Source of the DNA: Macrostomum lignano | Taxonomy: Eukaryota | Assembly (NCBI GenBank): GCA_002269645.1 | Contig: NIVC01000594.1 | Location: 186,001-250,000, forward strand | Length of the DNA: 64,000 nucleotides | Direction of reading: 5' to 3' | Part shown: positions 12,935 through 25,500 of the stretch, in pieces | How the letters are laid out: each line of letters starts with the position of its first letter | Position numbering within the stretch: position 1 is the stretch's first letter | Notes under the pieces: generated by a model | The model's database searches: none | Seen by the model: the letters and a program-made list of their open reading frames with translations, nothing else | Told to the model about the DNA's origin: nothing | Position numbers and translations under genes: made by a program

Positions 12935-13920
12935 AAATTATAGTTTCATTCACAAAATTTATGGTTTCATTCACACATGGCTTCATTCACAAAATTTATG
13001 GTTTCATTCACACAAATTATGATTTCATTCACACAAATTATGATTTCATTCACACAAATTATGATTTCATTCACACATGGCTTCATTCTCAAAATTTATG
13101 GTTTTATTCACACATGGCTTCATTCACAAAATTTATGGTTTCATTCACACAAATTATGGTTTTATTCACACAAATCAGTTTCATTCACACAAATTATGGT
13201 TTCATTCACACATGGCTTCATTCACAAAATTTATGGTTTTATTCACACATGGCTTCATTCACAAAATTTATGGTTTCATTCACACAAATTATGGTTTCAT
13301 TCACACAAATCAGTTTCATTCACACAAATTATGGTTTCATTCACACATGGCTTCATTCACAAAATTTATGGTTTCATTCACACAAATTATGGTTTCATTC
13401 ACACACGGTTTCATTCACACAAATTATGGTTTCATTCACACATGGCTTCATTCGCAAAATTTATGGTTTCATTCACACAAATCATAGTTTCATTTACACA
13501 AATTATAGTTTCATTCACACAAATTATGGTTTCATTCACACATGGCTTCATTCGCAAAATTTATGGTTTCATTCACACAAATCATAGTTTCATTCACACA
13601 AATTATAGTTTCATTCACACAAATTATGGTTTCATTCACACATGGCTTCATTCACACAAATTATAGCTTCATTTACTAAATTTATGGTTTCATTCACAAA
13701 AAAAGTGGCTTCATTCACACAAATTCTACTTTCATTTACGCATATTATAGTTTCATTCACACATTATGGCTTCATTCACACAAATTATGGTATCTTTCAC
13801 ACATGGCTTCATTCTTCACACAAATTATAGCTTCATTTACAAAATTTATGGTTTCATTCACACAAATTCTAGTTTCATTTACGCATATTATAGTTTCATT
13901 CACACAAATTATGATTTCAT
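12935..13920. repeat. About 21-bp minisatellite in spectrin intron 7 (TTCATTCACACAAATTATGGT)
   Basis: Direct reading. Confidence 0.93.
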
Positions 13921-13973
13921 TCCCATATAGGAGCTTTATTCGCACAATTTTCAACAAACGAACACGAACTCAC

Positions 13974-14682
13974 TCTGGCCATTCTCCACGACGCCCCTCA
14001 GCCGGTCGGCATTCGCGGCCAGCTCGGCCACAAACGCCTGATGCTTCTGGTACTTGGCCTGCACATTGGCAATCTTGGCGCTGTCCTTGTAGGAATCGTC
14101 ACCAACCGACTGCAGCTTCTCATTGATCCAGATGTTCATCTCCTCGGCATCGCGGATGAAGTCTTGCAGATTGCGAACATCGCCCAGCTTGGCTCGGTCA
14201 GCTTCCATAGCCTTCTTTAGCGAGCCCCATCTGGCCAGCACCTCCTGCTTCTTGTTCTCAATGCCGTCGCTGTCGTAATGCTCACTGTTGCGCAGGGAGT
14301 CGGCCTGGGCCACCATGGTTTTAATCTTGTCCTCCTGGATCTTGATAGCCCTGTCCAGATCCTCGTGCTTCTTCATCAGCACATCGACGGTTTTGTCGCC
14401 GTCAACAGCGCTGTCGGCCTGCTTGATGGAGCCTTCGCGGATGGTCATCCACTCCTCCAGCTGCTCGCACTCGCGCAGGTAGTACTGCAGGTCCAGATTC
14501 TCTCCTAGAATTTTGCTCCGCTCCTCCCAGGAAGTGCCCAGCTGTTTCTGCAGTTTAGCCAGCTCCTCCATTCGCTCTTTGATCTCGTCCGAGGCGTAGT
14601 GACCCCGGTCCAGCAGGCTGTTGCCGTAGTTCTCGAAATTGTTAAACGTACCTTTGCGCGCTTCGATTTCCACTTTGTGCTC
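13974..14682 (-). CDS. alpha-Spec: Alpha-spectrin exon 7
   Basis: ctcAG|EHKVEIEARK...KHQAFVAELAANADRL...NGQ A|GTGAGT; phases 0/1. Confidence 0.93.
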
Positions 14683-14794
14683 CTGAGAGAGAGTTTATCG
14701 AAATGTTTAACGATTGCTACTTCATTTTCAGCAACAAAATTGTGAAGGATTTACTTGCACTGCTATGCAATAAGCATGATAACTATTTTATACT

Positions 14795-15450
14795 TTCGAT
14801 ACATATCGGCAGTTATTGACAACTCGTTTCAATACATATCGGCAGTTGCTATAACTGATTTCTATACATATCGGCGGTTTTAATAACTGATTTCGATACA
14901 TATCGGCAGTTGCTATAACTGATTTCTATACATATCGGCAGTTGCTATAACTGATTTCTATACATATCGACAGTTTTAATAACTGATTTCGATACACATC
15001 AGCAGTTGCTATAACTGATTTCGATACATATCGGCGGTTGCTATAACTGATTTTGATACATATCGGTAGTTGCTATAACTGATTTCGATACATATCGGCG
15101 GTTGCTATAACTGATTTCGATACATATCGGTAGTTGCTATAACTGATTTCGATACATATCGGTAGTTGCTATAACTGATTTCGATACATATCGGCGGTTG
15201 CTATAACTGATTTCGATACATATCGGTAGTTGCTATAACTGATTTCGATACATATCGGTAGTTGCTATAACTGATTTCGATACATATCGGTAGTTGCTAT
15301 AACTGATTTCGATACATATCGGTAGTTGCTATAACTGATTTCTATACATATCGGCAGTTGCTATAACTGATTTCGATACATATCGGTAGTTGCTATAACT
15401 GATTTCGATACATATCGGTAGTTGCTACAACTGATTTCGATACATATCGA
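14795..15450. repeat. 32-bp minisatellite in spectrin intron 6 (CATATCGGTAGTTGCTATAACTGATTTCGATA)
   Basis: Direct reading. Confidence 0.94.
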
Positions 15451-16059
15451 GTGTCTTCAAAATTTAAAACAGAACTTGTTTGTCAATCAATCAATCAAAC
15501 AAATGAGAACAAAATATTTACAATAAACTCAACTAACTAAACTGTGTGGGGAGGCTTACTTCCAACAAGCAAGCGGTCATGTCTAAAAGATTGGCATCTT
15601 TAATCTGCAATTCATTACATAGACAGAGCAATAGTTAGCAAATTACTAACACTAGACACGCGTCCGACCACGTGACAGCTTGATAAGTAACGGCATCAGA
15701 TCGGGTTAGTAAATAAAAATAGCTAATAGCACTACTAACGCAGTTCATAAATAGATTCAAAAAAATAAAACAAAATAAACTCCAGCAAAGCAGACAGTCT
15801 TTTGAGACTGTTTTTGAGTCATGCATTCCTACAGTCTAACAAGGCGAAAACTTTAATTAGAATATGGCTAAACTAACTATATTCAATATATATTATATAG
15901 TTACGTAGGCTCAATGGTTACAGAGATTTATACGGAGTACATATGGGCAAGCAGGTTGCATGGTAGATTTGTCAAGATTGAATAAATTCATTTTAGGGGC
16001 AATCTGTATACATAAAGTAATATAGATGCGTAATTTTATGATAATAAACATATGATCTT

Positions 16060-17898
16060 CAGGATCTGGGAGGCTGGCCCAGCAACTGACACTCTGGGAG
16101 GCAGTGGCCCAGCAACTGAGTATTGAGGACTGGGGATCTGGGAGACTGACCTAGCAACTGAGGATCTGGGAGGCTGACCTAGCAACTGAGGATCTGGGAG
16201 ACTGACCTAGCAACTGAGGATCTGGGAGGCTGACCTAGCAACTGAGGATCTGGGAGGCTGACCTAGCAACTGAGGATCTGGGAGGCTGACCTAGCAACTG
16301 AGGATCTGGGAGGCTGACCTAGCAACTGAGGATCTGGGAGGCTGACCTAGCAACTGAGTATTGAGGACTGGGGATCTGGGAGACTGACCTAGCAACTGAG
16401 GATCTGGGAAGCTGACCTAGCAACTGAGGATCTGGGAGGCTGGCCCAGCAACTGAGGATCTGGGAGGCTGACCTAGCAACTGAGTATTGAGGACTGGGGA
16501 TCTGGGAGACTGACCTAGCAACTGAGGATCTGGGAAGCTGACCCAGCAACTGAGTATTGAGGACTGGGGATCTGGGAGACTGACCTAGCAACTGAGGATC
16601 TGGGAGGCTGACCTATCAACTGAGGATCTGGGAGGCTGGCCCAGCAACTGAGGATCTGGGAGGCTGACCTAGCAACTGAGTATTGAGGACTGGGGATCTG
16701 GGAGACTGACCTAGCAACTGAGGATCTGGGAAGCTGACCCAGCAACTGAGTATTGAGGACTGGGGATCTGGGAGACTGACCTAGAAACTGAGGATCTGGG
16801 AGGCTGACCTATCAACTGAGGATCTGGGAGGCTGGCCCAGCAACTGAGGATCTGGGAGGCTGACCTAGCAACTGAGGATCTGGGAGGCTGACCTAGCAAC
16901 TGAGGATCTGGGAGGCTGACCTAGCAACTGAGGATCTGGGAGGCTGACCTAGCAACTGAGTATTGAGGACTGGGGATCTGGGAGACTGACCTAGCAACTG
17001 AGGATCTGGGAAGCTGACCTAGCAACTGAGGATCTGGGAGGCTGGCCCAGCAACTGAGGATCTGGGAGGCTGACCTAGCAACTGAGTATTGAGGACTGGG
17101 GATCTGGGAGACTGACCTAGCAACTGAGGATCTGGGAAGCTGACCCAGCAACTGAGTATTGAGGACTGGGGATCTGGGAGACTGACCTAGCAACTGAGGA
17201 TCTGGGAGGCTGACCTATCAACTGAGGATCTGGGAGGCTGGCCCAGCAACTGAGGATCTGGGAGGCTGACCTAGCAACTGAGTATTGAGGACTGGGGATC
17301 TAGGAGACTGACCTAGCAACTGAGGATCTGGGAAGCTGACCCAGCAACTGAGTATTGAGGACTGGGGATCTGGGAGACTGACCTAGCAACTGAGGATCTG
17401 GGAGGCTGACCTATCAACTGAGGATCTGGGAGGCTGGCCCAGTAACTGAGGATCTGGGAGGCTGACCTAGCAACTGAGTATTGAGGACTGGGGATCTGGG
17501 AGACTGACCTAGAAACTGAGGATCTGGGAGGCTGGCCCAGCAACTGAGGATCTGGGAGGCTGGCCCAGCAACTGAGGATCTGGGAGGCTGGCCCAGCAAC
17601 TGAGGATCTGGGAGGCTGGCCCAGCAACTGACACTCTGGGAGGCTGGCCCAGCAACTGAGGATCTGGGAGGCTGGCCCAGCAACTGAGGATCTGGGAGGC
17701 TGGCCCAGCAACTGAGGATCTGGGAGGCTGGCCCAGCAACTGAGGATCTGGGAGGCTGGCCCAGCAACTGACACTCTGGGAGGCTGGCCCAGCAACTGAG
17801 GATCTGGGAGGCTGGCCCAGTAACTGAGGATCTGGGAGGCTGGCCCAGCAACTGATGATCTGGGAGGCTGGCCCAGCAACTGAGGATCTGGGAGGCTG
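16060..17898. repeat. 28-bp minisatellite with a longer variant unit in spectrin intron 6 (GGATCTGGGAGGCTGACCTAGCAACTGA)
   Basis: Direct reading; a variant with inserted GTATTGAGGACTGG recurs in higher-order blocks. Confidence 0.95.
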
Positions 17899-18743
17899 GG
17901 TATGACCCATTTTGAAGCCTGATGACGTGGAACCAGACAGACACTAAGACTAGGATTAAAGCGAAAAATATAAATATGAAAAAGTACAAACTGATATAGG
18001 ATATTTATGATCCGGGTTTGAGTAGTAGATAATAAACTGACTGATAAAGGTTTATCATATATGCATTCTGAAACGGTCTTATACGATAAATAGCGGTGCT
18101 TTTTCTTAAATTCCGATCGAAGTACCTCGGGCGGTGCCAGTTCGGCAATGCGGCTACTGATCTCAGCAGCCAAGTCCTGCGCGCAATTAATTATTAATTA
18201 TTAGATTAGACTTCAGATTAGATTAGAATTTAGATAAAAACGCACGAACAATTGGTAGTGAAAAATAAGCGCCATTGAAGCCATGATTAGGGAAATTGAG
18301 GCTCAGCCACGTTATTAATGCTCTTTGTTGCAAACTAAACAAAAAAGTGCAGGAACTCACTGTGCATTGTTGTTATAAAAGCGTTATTAATTATTAACAA
18401 TCAATTATTAAGATTAATTTCTTAGTAGGCTTTGATTTAGACTGGTTAAAGTGCAATTTGAAAGTGTTGCCAATTTTGCTTACATTGAGAGAATGTAAGT
18501 GATGAGTTTTTTTGTACTTCTAAATCATAGTGCAAACTATAATTACATAAACAATACGAATAATTAAAATCAATACAATTATACAAAAAACATTAATGTG
18601 AATTACTTATTAGCAAATCCTGATACCGGAACAAAGGAACACAATTGACACCAAAATAACAGTTATGGCTCAAGGAAACACACAATATGCTTTTTAATTA
18701 TATTTTTGAGAATGGATAAAAACTGCTTTGAACACCAGCTTAC

Positions 18744-18843
18744 CGAATGTCTTTCAAGAAGGGCCTCGGCGCTGGTGATGTCGTGAGCCAGTTCATCTGA
18801 GGACACCAAAGCCATCATGGTGTCGATCCAGGACTTCAGGTCT
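18744..18843 (-). CDS. alpha-Spec: Alpha-spectrin exon 6
   Basis: ttgcAG|(R)DLKSWIDTMMALVSSDELAHDITSAEALLERHS|GTAAGC; phases 2/0. Confidence 0.92.
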
Positions 18844-18894
18844 CTGCAATTCAAATGCCATTTGTTTAAACTGCTGCACAATAAATGTTGACAG

Positions 18895-19370
18895 TTCAAG
18901 CCAATCTGCAAACTGATCAATCCAATCTGCAAACTGATCAATTCAATCTGCAAACTGATCAATCCAATCTGCAAACTGATCAATTCAATCTGCAAACTGA
19001 TCAATCCAATCTGCAAACTGATCAATCCAATCTGCAAACTGATCAATTCAATCTGCAAACTGATCAATTCAATTTACAAACTGATTAATCCAATCAGTAA
19101 ACTGATCAATCCAATTTACAAACTGATTAATTCAATCAGCAAACTGTTCAATCCAATCTGCAAACTGATAAATTCGATCTGCAAACTGATAAATTCAATT
19201 TGTAGACTGATCAATCCAATCTGTAGACTGATCAATCCAATCAGCAAACTGATCAATCCAATCAGCAAACTGATCAATCCAATTTGCAAACTGTTCAATC
19301 CAATCAGCAAACTGATCAATCCAATCAGCAAACTGATTAATCCAATTTGCAAACTGTTCAATCCAATCTA
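18895..19370. repeat. 21-bp minisatellite in spectrin intron 5 (TCCAATCTGCAAACTGATCAA)
   Basis: Direct reading. Confidence 0.93.
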
Positions 19371-19402
19371 CTAAGCAATCTGCAATAGCAGAACAGACTC
19401 AC

Positions 19403-19986
19403 CTGTAATCAGCCATGAACCGCTGCAGCTCCTCGGAGGCCTCCAGTTTAGTCTTGCGCATATCGGCTCTGCTAGTGAGATCGCGCCACTTGCCCAACAC
19501 CTCGTCCAGGTGATCGGTGATGGCGTTCATCTCCTCTGGGTGCTCCTTGGTCAGCTGGGAGGCCTTGGCATCCAGATCGCGGATTCGCTCGTCCAGCGCG
19601 TTGAGATCGCGCTCCAGAGCGCCGTGCTTGCGCCGGAGCCGCTGCACAGACGGCAGGTCTTTGCCAACATCGTCAATGGAGACGGCCATCTCCTTCTCGT
19701 TGATCCATTCGGCGGTCTCGTCAAGGTCGCGATGGAACAGCTGAACAGCGTGGCACTTCTCCAGCTGGTTGGCCTTCTCCTGGGTCATGGAGTCCAGGGC
19801 TGTCCAGCGCTGGCTGAGGTTCTCAACTTGAGTAGTGATCTTCTCGACAGCCTCAGTCTGGCCTAGCAGAGTCAGCTGGTCCGCCACGGCTTTCAGATCT
19901 TCGATCTTCTTCTTTTTGTCTTCTTTGCTTTTTAGCATCTCGTTGAAACGCTTCTGCTGCTCTTCGACTTTGTCGAATACTTCCTC
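19403..19986 (-). CDS. alpha-Spec: Alpha-spectrin exon 5
   Basis: atcgcAG|EEVFDKVEEQQKRF...LQRFMADY AG|GTGAGT; phases 0/2. Confidence 0.93.
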
Positions 19987-20044
19987 CTGCGATTGGGATG
20001 GAGAATTATTTTGTAACTTTACAACTGATCAATACAATCTACAG

Positions 20045-20490
20045 ATCAGTCAAACCAATGTAAAAATCGGCGAAACTAATCTACAAACCGGTCAAACCAA
20101 TCTACAAATATGTCAAACCAATCTAAAAATCGGTCAAACCAATCTACAAATATGTCAAACCAATCTAAAAATCGGTCAAACCAATCTACAAATATGTCAA
20201 ACCAATCTAAAAATATGTCAAACCAATCTAAAAATATGTCAAACCAATCTAAAAATTGGTCAAACCAATCTACAAATATGTCAAACCAATCTAAAAATCG
20301 GTCAAACCAATCTACAAATATGTCAAACCAATCTAAAAATATGTCAAACCAATCTAAAAATATGTCAAACCAATCTAAAAATCGGTCAAACCAATCTACA
20401 AATATGTCAAACCAATCTAAAAATCGGTCGAACCAATCTAAAAATATGTCAAACCAATCTAAAAATCGGTCAAACCAATCTACAAATAGG
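20045..20490. repeat. 21-bp minisatellite in spectrin intron 4 (GTCAAACCAATCTAAAAATAT)
   Basis: Direct reading. Confidence 0.93.
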
Positions 20491-20512
20491 TAAAAAACTG
20501 ACAACCACTGAC

Positions 20513-21383
20513 CTGCTCCTCTTCGATAATCTTAGTCTCGGTCTCCACAATCCACTGAGACAGGTCATTGGCCTCGCGCACCAGTTTATAGGCATTATTA
20601 GACTGATTGAGTCTCTCGCTACGATCTTTGCCAACTTTGAGCAGGCGTTCGTATTGCTCTTCAATCTGCTTCTGCCGGGAAGCCACGGTGTTCTGTTCAA
20701 TCAGGTGAGCCTGGCTGTCGCTCAGCGGAGCGTCAATCTTCTTCACGCACTGCACGGGCACGTAGCCCTGACCATCGTTCTTCTCAACCTTCCAGAACTG
20801 ACTGTGGTTGGTGCTAATGAGGGTCAGGATCTCATTCTTGCGCACAATGATAGGCATGGGGTTGGGCACGGGAGCTTTGTAGCCGTCATAGTCGTGAATG
20901 ACGACAACTTTCTCGCGAGCGAACGTGTCAGCGACGGGGGCTTCGCGCAGCTTGCAGCCGTCGGCTTGCTCACGAAGCTGCTCAATCTGAGCACCGTAGG
21001 CTTTCACATCCTCAATGAGGGACTCGTGCTTCTTGATCAGCGCCTCGGTGGAATCTTCATCTTTGCCGAAATCGATGCTGGACACAAGCGGTTCCTTCTC
21101 CTTCATCCAGATCTCAGCCTCGTTGGCATTGGCAAAGTACTGCTGGGCCTGCATTGAGTCCTGCAGCAGCTGGGCCCTGTCATCGGCCCTCTGGCGCAGC
21201 TGGTCCAGCGATTGCGCAGCTTGCTAATCCGGCTGGCAATTTCGTCCTTGGCAAAGTGGTCCTCGGCAACCATGTTCTCGCCTTCGGTGGCCACTTCGTG
21301 AATTCTAGGCTCGTGATTGTCCAGCTCGGTGATGAGAGCCTGGTGCCGCTTCATCAGGCTTTGCACGCCGATTAGGTCGCGGC
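20513..21383 (-). CDS. alpha-Spec: Alpha-spectrin exon 4 (contains SH3 domain; apparent 1-bp deletion near 21205)
   Basis: tttAG|GRDLIGVQSLMKRHQ..., SH3-like KVVVIHDY...FWKVEKNDGQGYVP, ends IIEEEQ|GTCAGT. Frame continuity needs one extra G in TGG(G)AC. Confidence 0.9.
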
Positions 21384-21534
21384 CTAAAGCGGGGAGAGTC
21401 GGTTTGGCGACATTTTTATTACCGTTTGATTTGTGCAGTGTTGCATTAATCGTTTCGATACATATCGGCAGGTTTTATATAACAGTTCTATAATGCTAAG
21501 GAAATTGTCGCACTAGCTACTTATTGTCTGGTGG

Positions 21535-21740
21535 ATGCTTGCTATTTGGGGATGCTATCTATGTAGGGGATGCTTGCTATCTGGGGGATGCTTGCTATCT
21601 GGGGGATGCTTGCTATCTGGGGGATGCTTGCTATCTGGGGGATGCTTGCTATCTGGGGGATGCTTGCTATCTGGGGGATGCTTGCTATCTGGGGGATGCT
21701 TGCTATCTGGGGGATGCTTGCTATCTGGGGGATGCTTGCT
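21535..21740. repeat. 18-bp minisatellite in spectrin intron 3 (GGGGGATGCTTGCTATCT)
   Basis: Direct reading. Confidence 0.93.
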
Positions 21741-22299
21741 GTCTTGAGATGATTTCTTTTTGCATTGCACTTCATTTGAGTATTTTGTTTTTTCTTTGTG
21801 AAGGCTTTATTTGGCTATCTTTTTGTTACTTGTAGAGAACAAAGATGTCCCCCAACGGGGGGCGAAGATTGCTAGTAGTTTCTATAAATATAGGCAAATT
21901 TAAGAATTTTCAATACATATCGGCAATTTTGAGCATTTTCGATACATATCGGCAATTTTTAACATTTTCGATACATATCGGCAGTCATCAAGGCTCTAAA
22001 AGGCCTGTAATGCAATGCAAATAGTTGTTCTGACCCGCAAATGAGTCGCGCTTATAATAATAAGCTTGGGTGAAATTACACGCTTAGCCCAAATCGACTC
22101 GTGAAGTTTAGTCAGATTATTTTGATCTACGATGATCTAAAAATGACCGAGCCACTTTTAAGTAAATAGTACTGCTGTTTATTTGCCATATTTCACAAGC
22201 TGGGCCTGAGCTAATCTCAGACTACAGAATGTGCAACACAGCAATGCAATACAAGGCTGCTAATCGGTCATGGAACGTCATCGCGACAATCAGTTCTCA

Positions 22300-23222
22300 T
22301 CCCAAATCTTGAAAACAACCTCACTCCAAGTCATGAAAAATAAAACTATAAATCTTGAAAGAGTCATCCCAGATCATAAAAAATCTCAAACCTGAATCAT
22401 GAAAAATTTCACCCTAAATCATGAAAAATCTCACCTTAAATCATGAAAAATCTTACCCTAAATCTTGAAAAATCTCACCCTAAATCATGAAAAATCTCAC
22501 CCCAGATCATAATAAATCTCATCCTAAATTATAAAAAATCTCACCACGAATCCTAAAGAATCTTACTCAAAAGATTGAAAATTCTATCCTAAATCATGAA
22601 AATCTCACCTTAAATCATAAAAATCTCAGCCAGATTTTGAAAAATCTCACCCTAAATTATGAAAAATCTCACCCCAAGTCATGAACTCCCTGCCCCAAAT
22701 CTTGAAAAATCTCACCCTAAATTATAAAAAATCTCAGACAGATCTAGAAAAATCTCTCCCCAAATCATGAAATCCCTCCACCAAATAATGAAAGATCTCA
22801 CCCCAAATCTTGAAAAATCTCACCCCAAATCTTAAAGAATCACTCCAAATCATGAAAAATCTCACTCTAAATCTTGAAAAATCTCTTTAAATCATGAAAA
22901 ATCTCACTCTAAATCTTGAAAAATCTCTTTAAATCTTGAAAAATCTCACCCCAAATCTTAAAGAATCACTCCAAATCATGAAAAATCTCACTCTAAATCT
23001 TGAAAAATCTCTTTAAATCATGAAAAATCTCACCCCAAATTTTGAAAAATCTCTTTAAATCATGAAAAATCTCACCCCAAATCTTGAAAAATCTCTTTAA
23101 ATCATGAAAAATCTCACAGGTCTTGAAAAATATCACCCTAAATCATGAAAAATGTCACCACAAATCATGAAAAATGTCACCACAAATCATGAAAAATGTC
23201 ACAGGTCTAGAAAAATCTCACC
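22300..23222. repeat. About 21-22-bp degenerate minisatellite in spectrin intron 3 (AAAAATCTCACCCCAAATCATG)
   Basis: Direct reading. Confidence 0.9.
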
Positions 23223-23260
23223 ATAAAAAAAAAAGAATCTTCAAAAGAAAGCTGACTCAC

Positions 23261-23843
23261 CCCTATTAGTGCTGGCAGCCAGAGCCTCCTTCTCCCTAAT
23301 CCAGTCCTCCTCATCCTCGATATCCCTGAGCAGCTGGTGCAGTTTGTGCGCAGCGGCCAGACGCTCCTTGCGCTTCTGCAGCGGCTCCTGCATGGCCGCG
23401 TACCGCTGATCCACTTCGCGCTGTCTGGCTCGGATCTTATCAGCATCGAAATGACCGCTGTCTTCGAACTCGTCCGCCTTCTTGGCAAAATATTGCACCC
23501 GATCCTGGTGGGCGGCAATGTCTGCTTCTAGCAGATTGTGCTTCTTCTGCAGATTGGCAACAGCGTCCAAGTTCAAGCCGGTGTCCTCTGACATCAGCTG
23601 GCCTTCAGTCTCGGTCAGCCACATTTCGAAATCTTCAATATTCCTAGTGAACTGCAGCTGATCGTTGGCCTGCTCAAGCTTAGTGTTCTTGTTCTCCATC
23701 TCAGCCAGCAGGCGATTCCACATCTCGTCAAGTTCGGCGATTCTCTCGCCAATGTTGTCAGCGTTGGCGTGCTCGTTGGCGAGAAGTTCTTCGCCGAATT
23801 TCTTCAAAGCTTGGAGGCGCTTGTCGTTGGCGATCACTTCGGC
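23261..23843 (-). CDS. alpha-Spec: Alpha-spectrin exon 3
   Basis: cccAG|AEVIANDKRL...EALAASTNRG|GTGAGT; spectrin repeats; phases 0/1. Confidence 0.93.
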
Positions 23844-23994
23844 CTGGGTGAGGGTCAGAGGGGTCAGACTACGGTGTGTTTTTAATCGTCTGTTTATCTA
23901 CATGTAGACAGTTCCAAATCCTTCACGGACACTTCCTGTGACTCCCGTTTGACTCTCTGATCTGACTCATCAAACTTAATGACCACCGCCTGAT

Positions 23995-24765
23995 TTTAAT
24001 GACCCACAGCTGACTCTTGATGACCCACAGCTGACTCTTGATGACCCACAGCTGACTCTTAATGACCCACAGCTGACTCTTAATGACCCACAGCTGACTC
24101 TTAATGACCCACAGCTGACTCTTGATGACCCACAGCTGACTTTTGATGACCCACAGCTGACTTTTGATGACCCACAGCTGACTCTTGATGACCTACAGCT
24201 GACTTTTGATGACCCACAGCTGACTCTAAATAACATCAACTGACTCTTAATGACCCCCTGACTCTATATAACATCAACTGACTCTTAATGACCCACAGCT
24301 GACTCTTAATGACCCCCTGACTCTATATAACATCAACTGACTCTTAATGACCCACAACTGACTCTTAATGACCCCCTGACTCTATATAACATCAGCTGAG
24401 TCTTAATGACCCCCCCCTGACTCTATATAACATCAGCTGAGTCTTAATGACCCCCCCCTGACTCTATATAACATCAACTGACTCTTAATGACCACCATCC
24501 GACTCTAATGACTCACACCTGACTCTTAATGACCACCATCTGACTCTAATGACTCACACCTGACTCTTAATGACCCCCCTCTGACTTTAAATAACATCAG
24601 CTGACTCTAATGACTCACACCTGACTCTTAATGACCCCCCTCTGACTTTAAATAACATCAGCTGACTCTAATGACTCACACCTGACTCTTAATGACCCCC
24701 CTCTGACTTTAAATAACATCAGCTCAGCTGACTCCTAACAACCCACAGCTGACTCTTAAGAACCC
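23995..24765. repeat. 21-bp-based composite minisatellite in spectrin intron 2 (TGACCCACAGCTGACTCTTAA)
   Basis: Direct reading. Confidence 0.92.
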
Positions 24766-24934
24766 CTATCTCTAGTAATAGGCCCCATTCGACTCTATGA
24801 CTGTCTACCTGAAGTTTTAATTGAACTTACTAAAAAGATACAGAAGAAACATAACACAGCTTTCTAAACCTTCAAGCTCTTAATCTATCAACAATCCCCC
24901 CTCTCTAAGATGCAAAACAAACACTCAGACAAAC

Positions 24935-25500
24935 CTTGAAGTTCTGATGCTTCTGCAGTTTGCTCTGCAGGTTAGACGGATCTTTGTAGTTCTCATCCGT
25001 GGCGTGCTTCAGTTTCTCCGCAATCCAAGACTTCATCTCGTCAGCGTCCCGGTCGAAGGTTTGATAATTGCGCGACTCATCCAGGGCAGCCTTGCGCTTC
25101 TTGGCCTTCTCCAACAGGTGCTCCCATTTCACCTGGAGGTCTTTGTTCCGTTTGCTAATATCGTCAACAGCGTAGTGCTTGCTAGAGATCAGATTGTTGG
25201 CATGCTCGTCAACTAGGATGATCTTCTGCTGCTGAGCTGCCAGAGACTTTTCAAAGTCTTCCTGTTTGCTGATCAGAGCTTCAACGGTGTCCATTGAGTC
25301 GCCAACATCTTTGTTATCCAGGAATGCCTCCTGCTTGTTAATCCAAGACTCAAGTTGGTCAGAGTCTCTGTAGAACAGCTGCAGATCCATGCACTGTTTG
25401 TACTCCAGCTCCTTTGTCTCAATCAGATCGTCCACTTCCTTCTTCTCTTTGGTCAGGAGCTCCATTCGTTCCGCCACCTCGTCTTTGGCCGCGTGGTCAC
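24935..25500 (-). CDS. alpha-Spec: Alpha-spectrin exon 2
   Basis: ccattAG acceptor, GDHAAKDEV...LQKHQNFK, GT donor; phases 1/0 join both neighbours in frame. Confidence 0.93.

Noticed and set aside
19835-21157. 440-aa plus-strand ORF and similar ones (8936-9823, 9004-10206, 26553-27278)
   Set aside because: Antisense shadows of spectrin exons joined to stop-free repeats.
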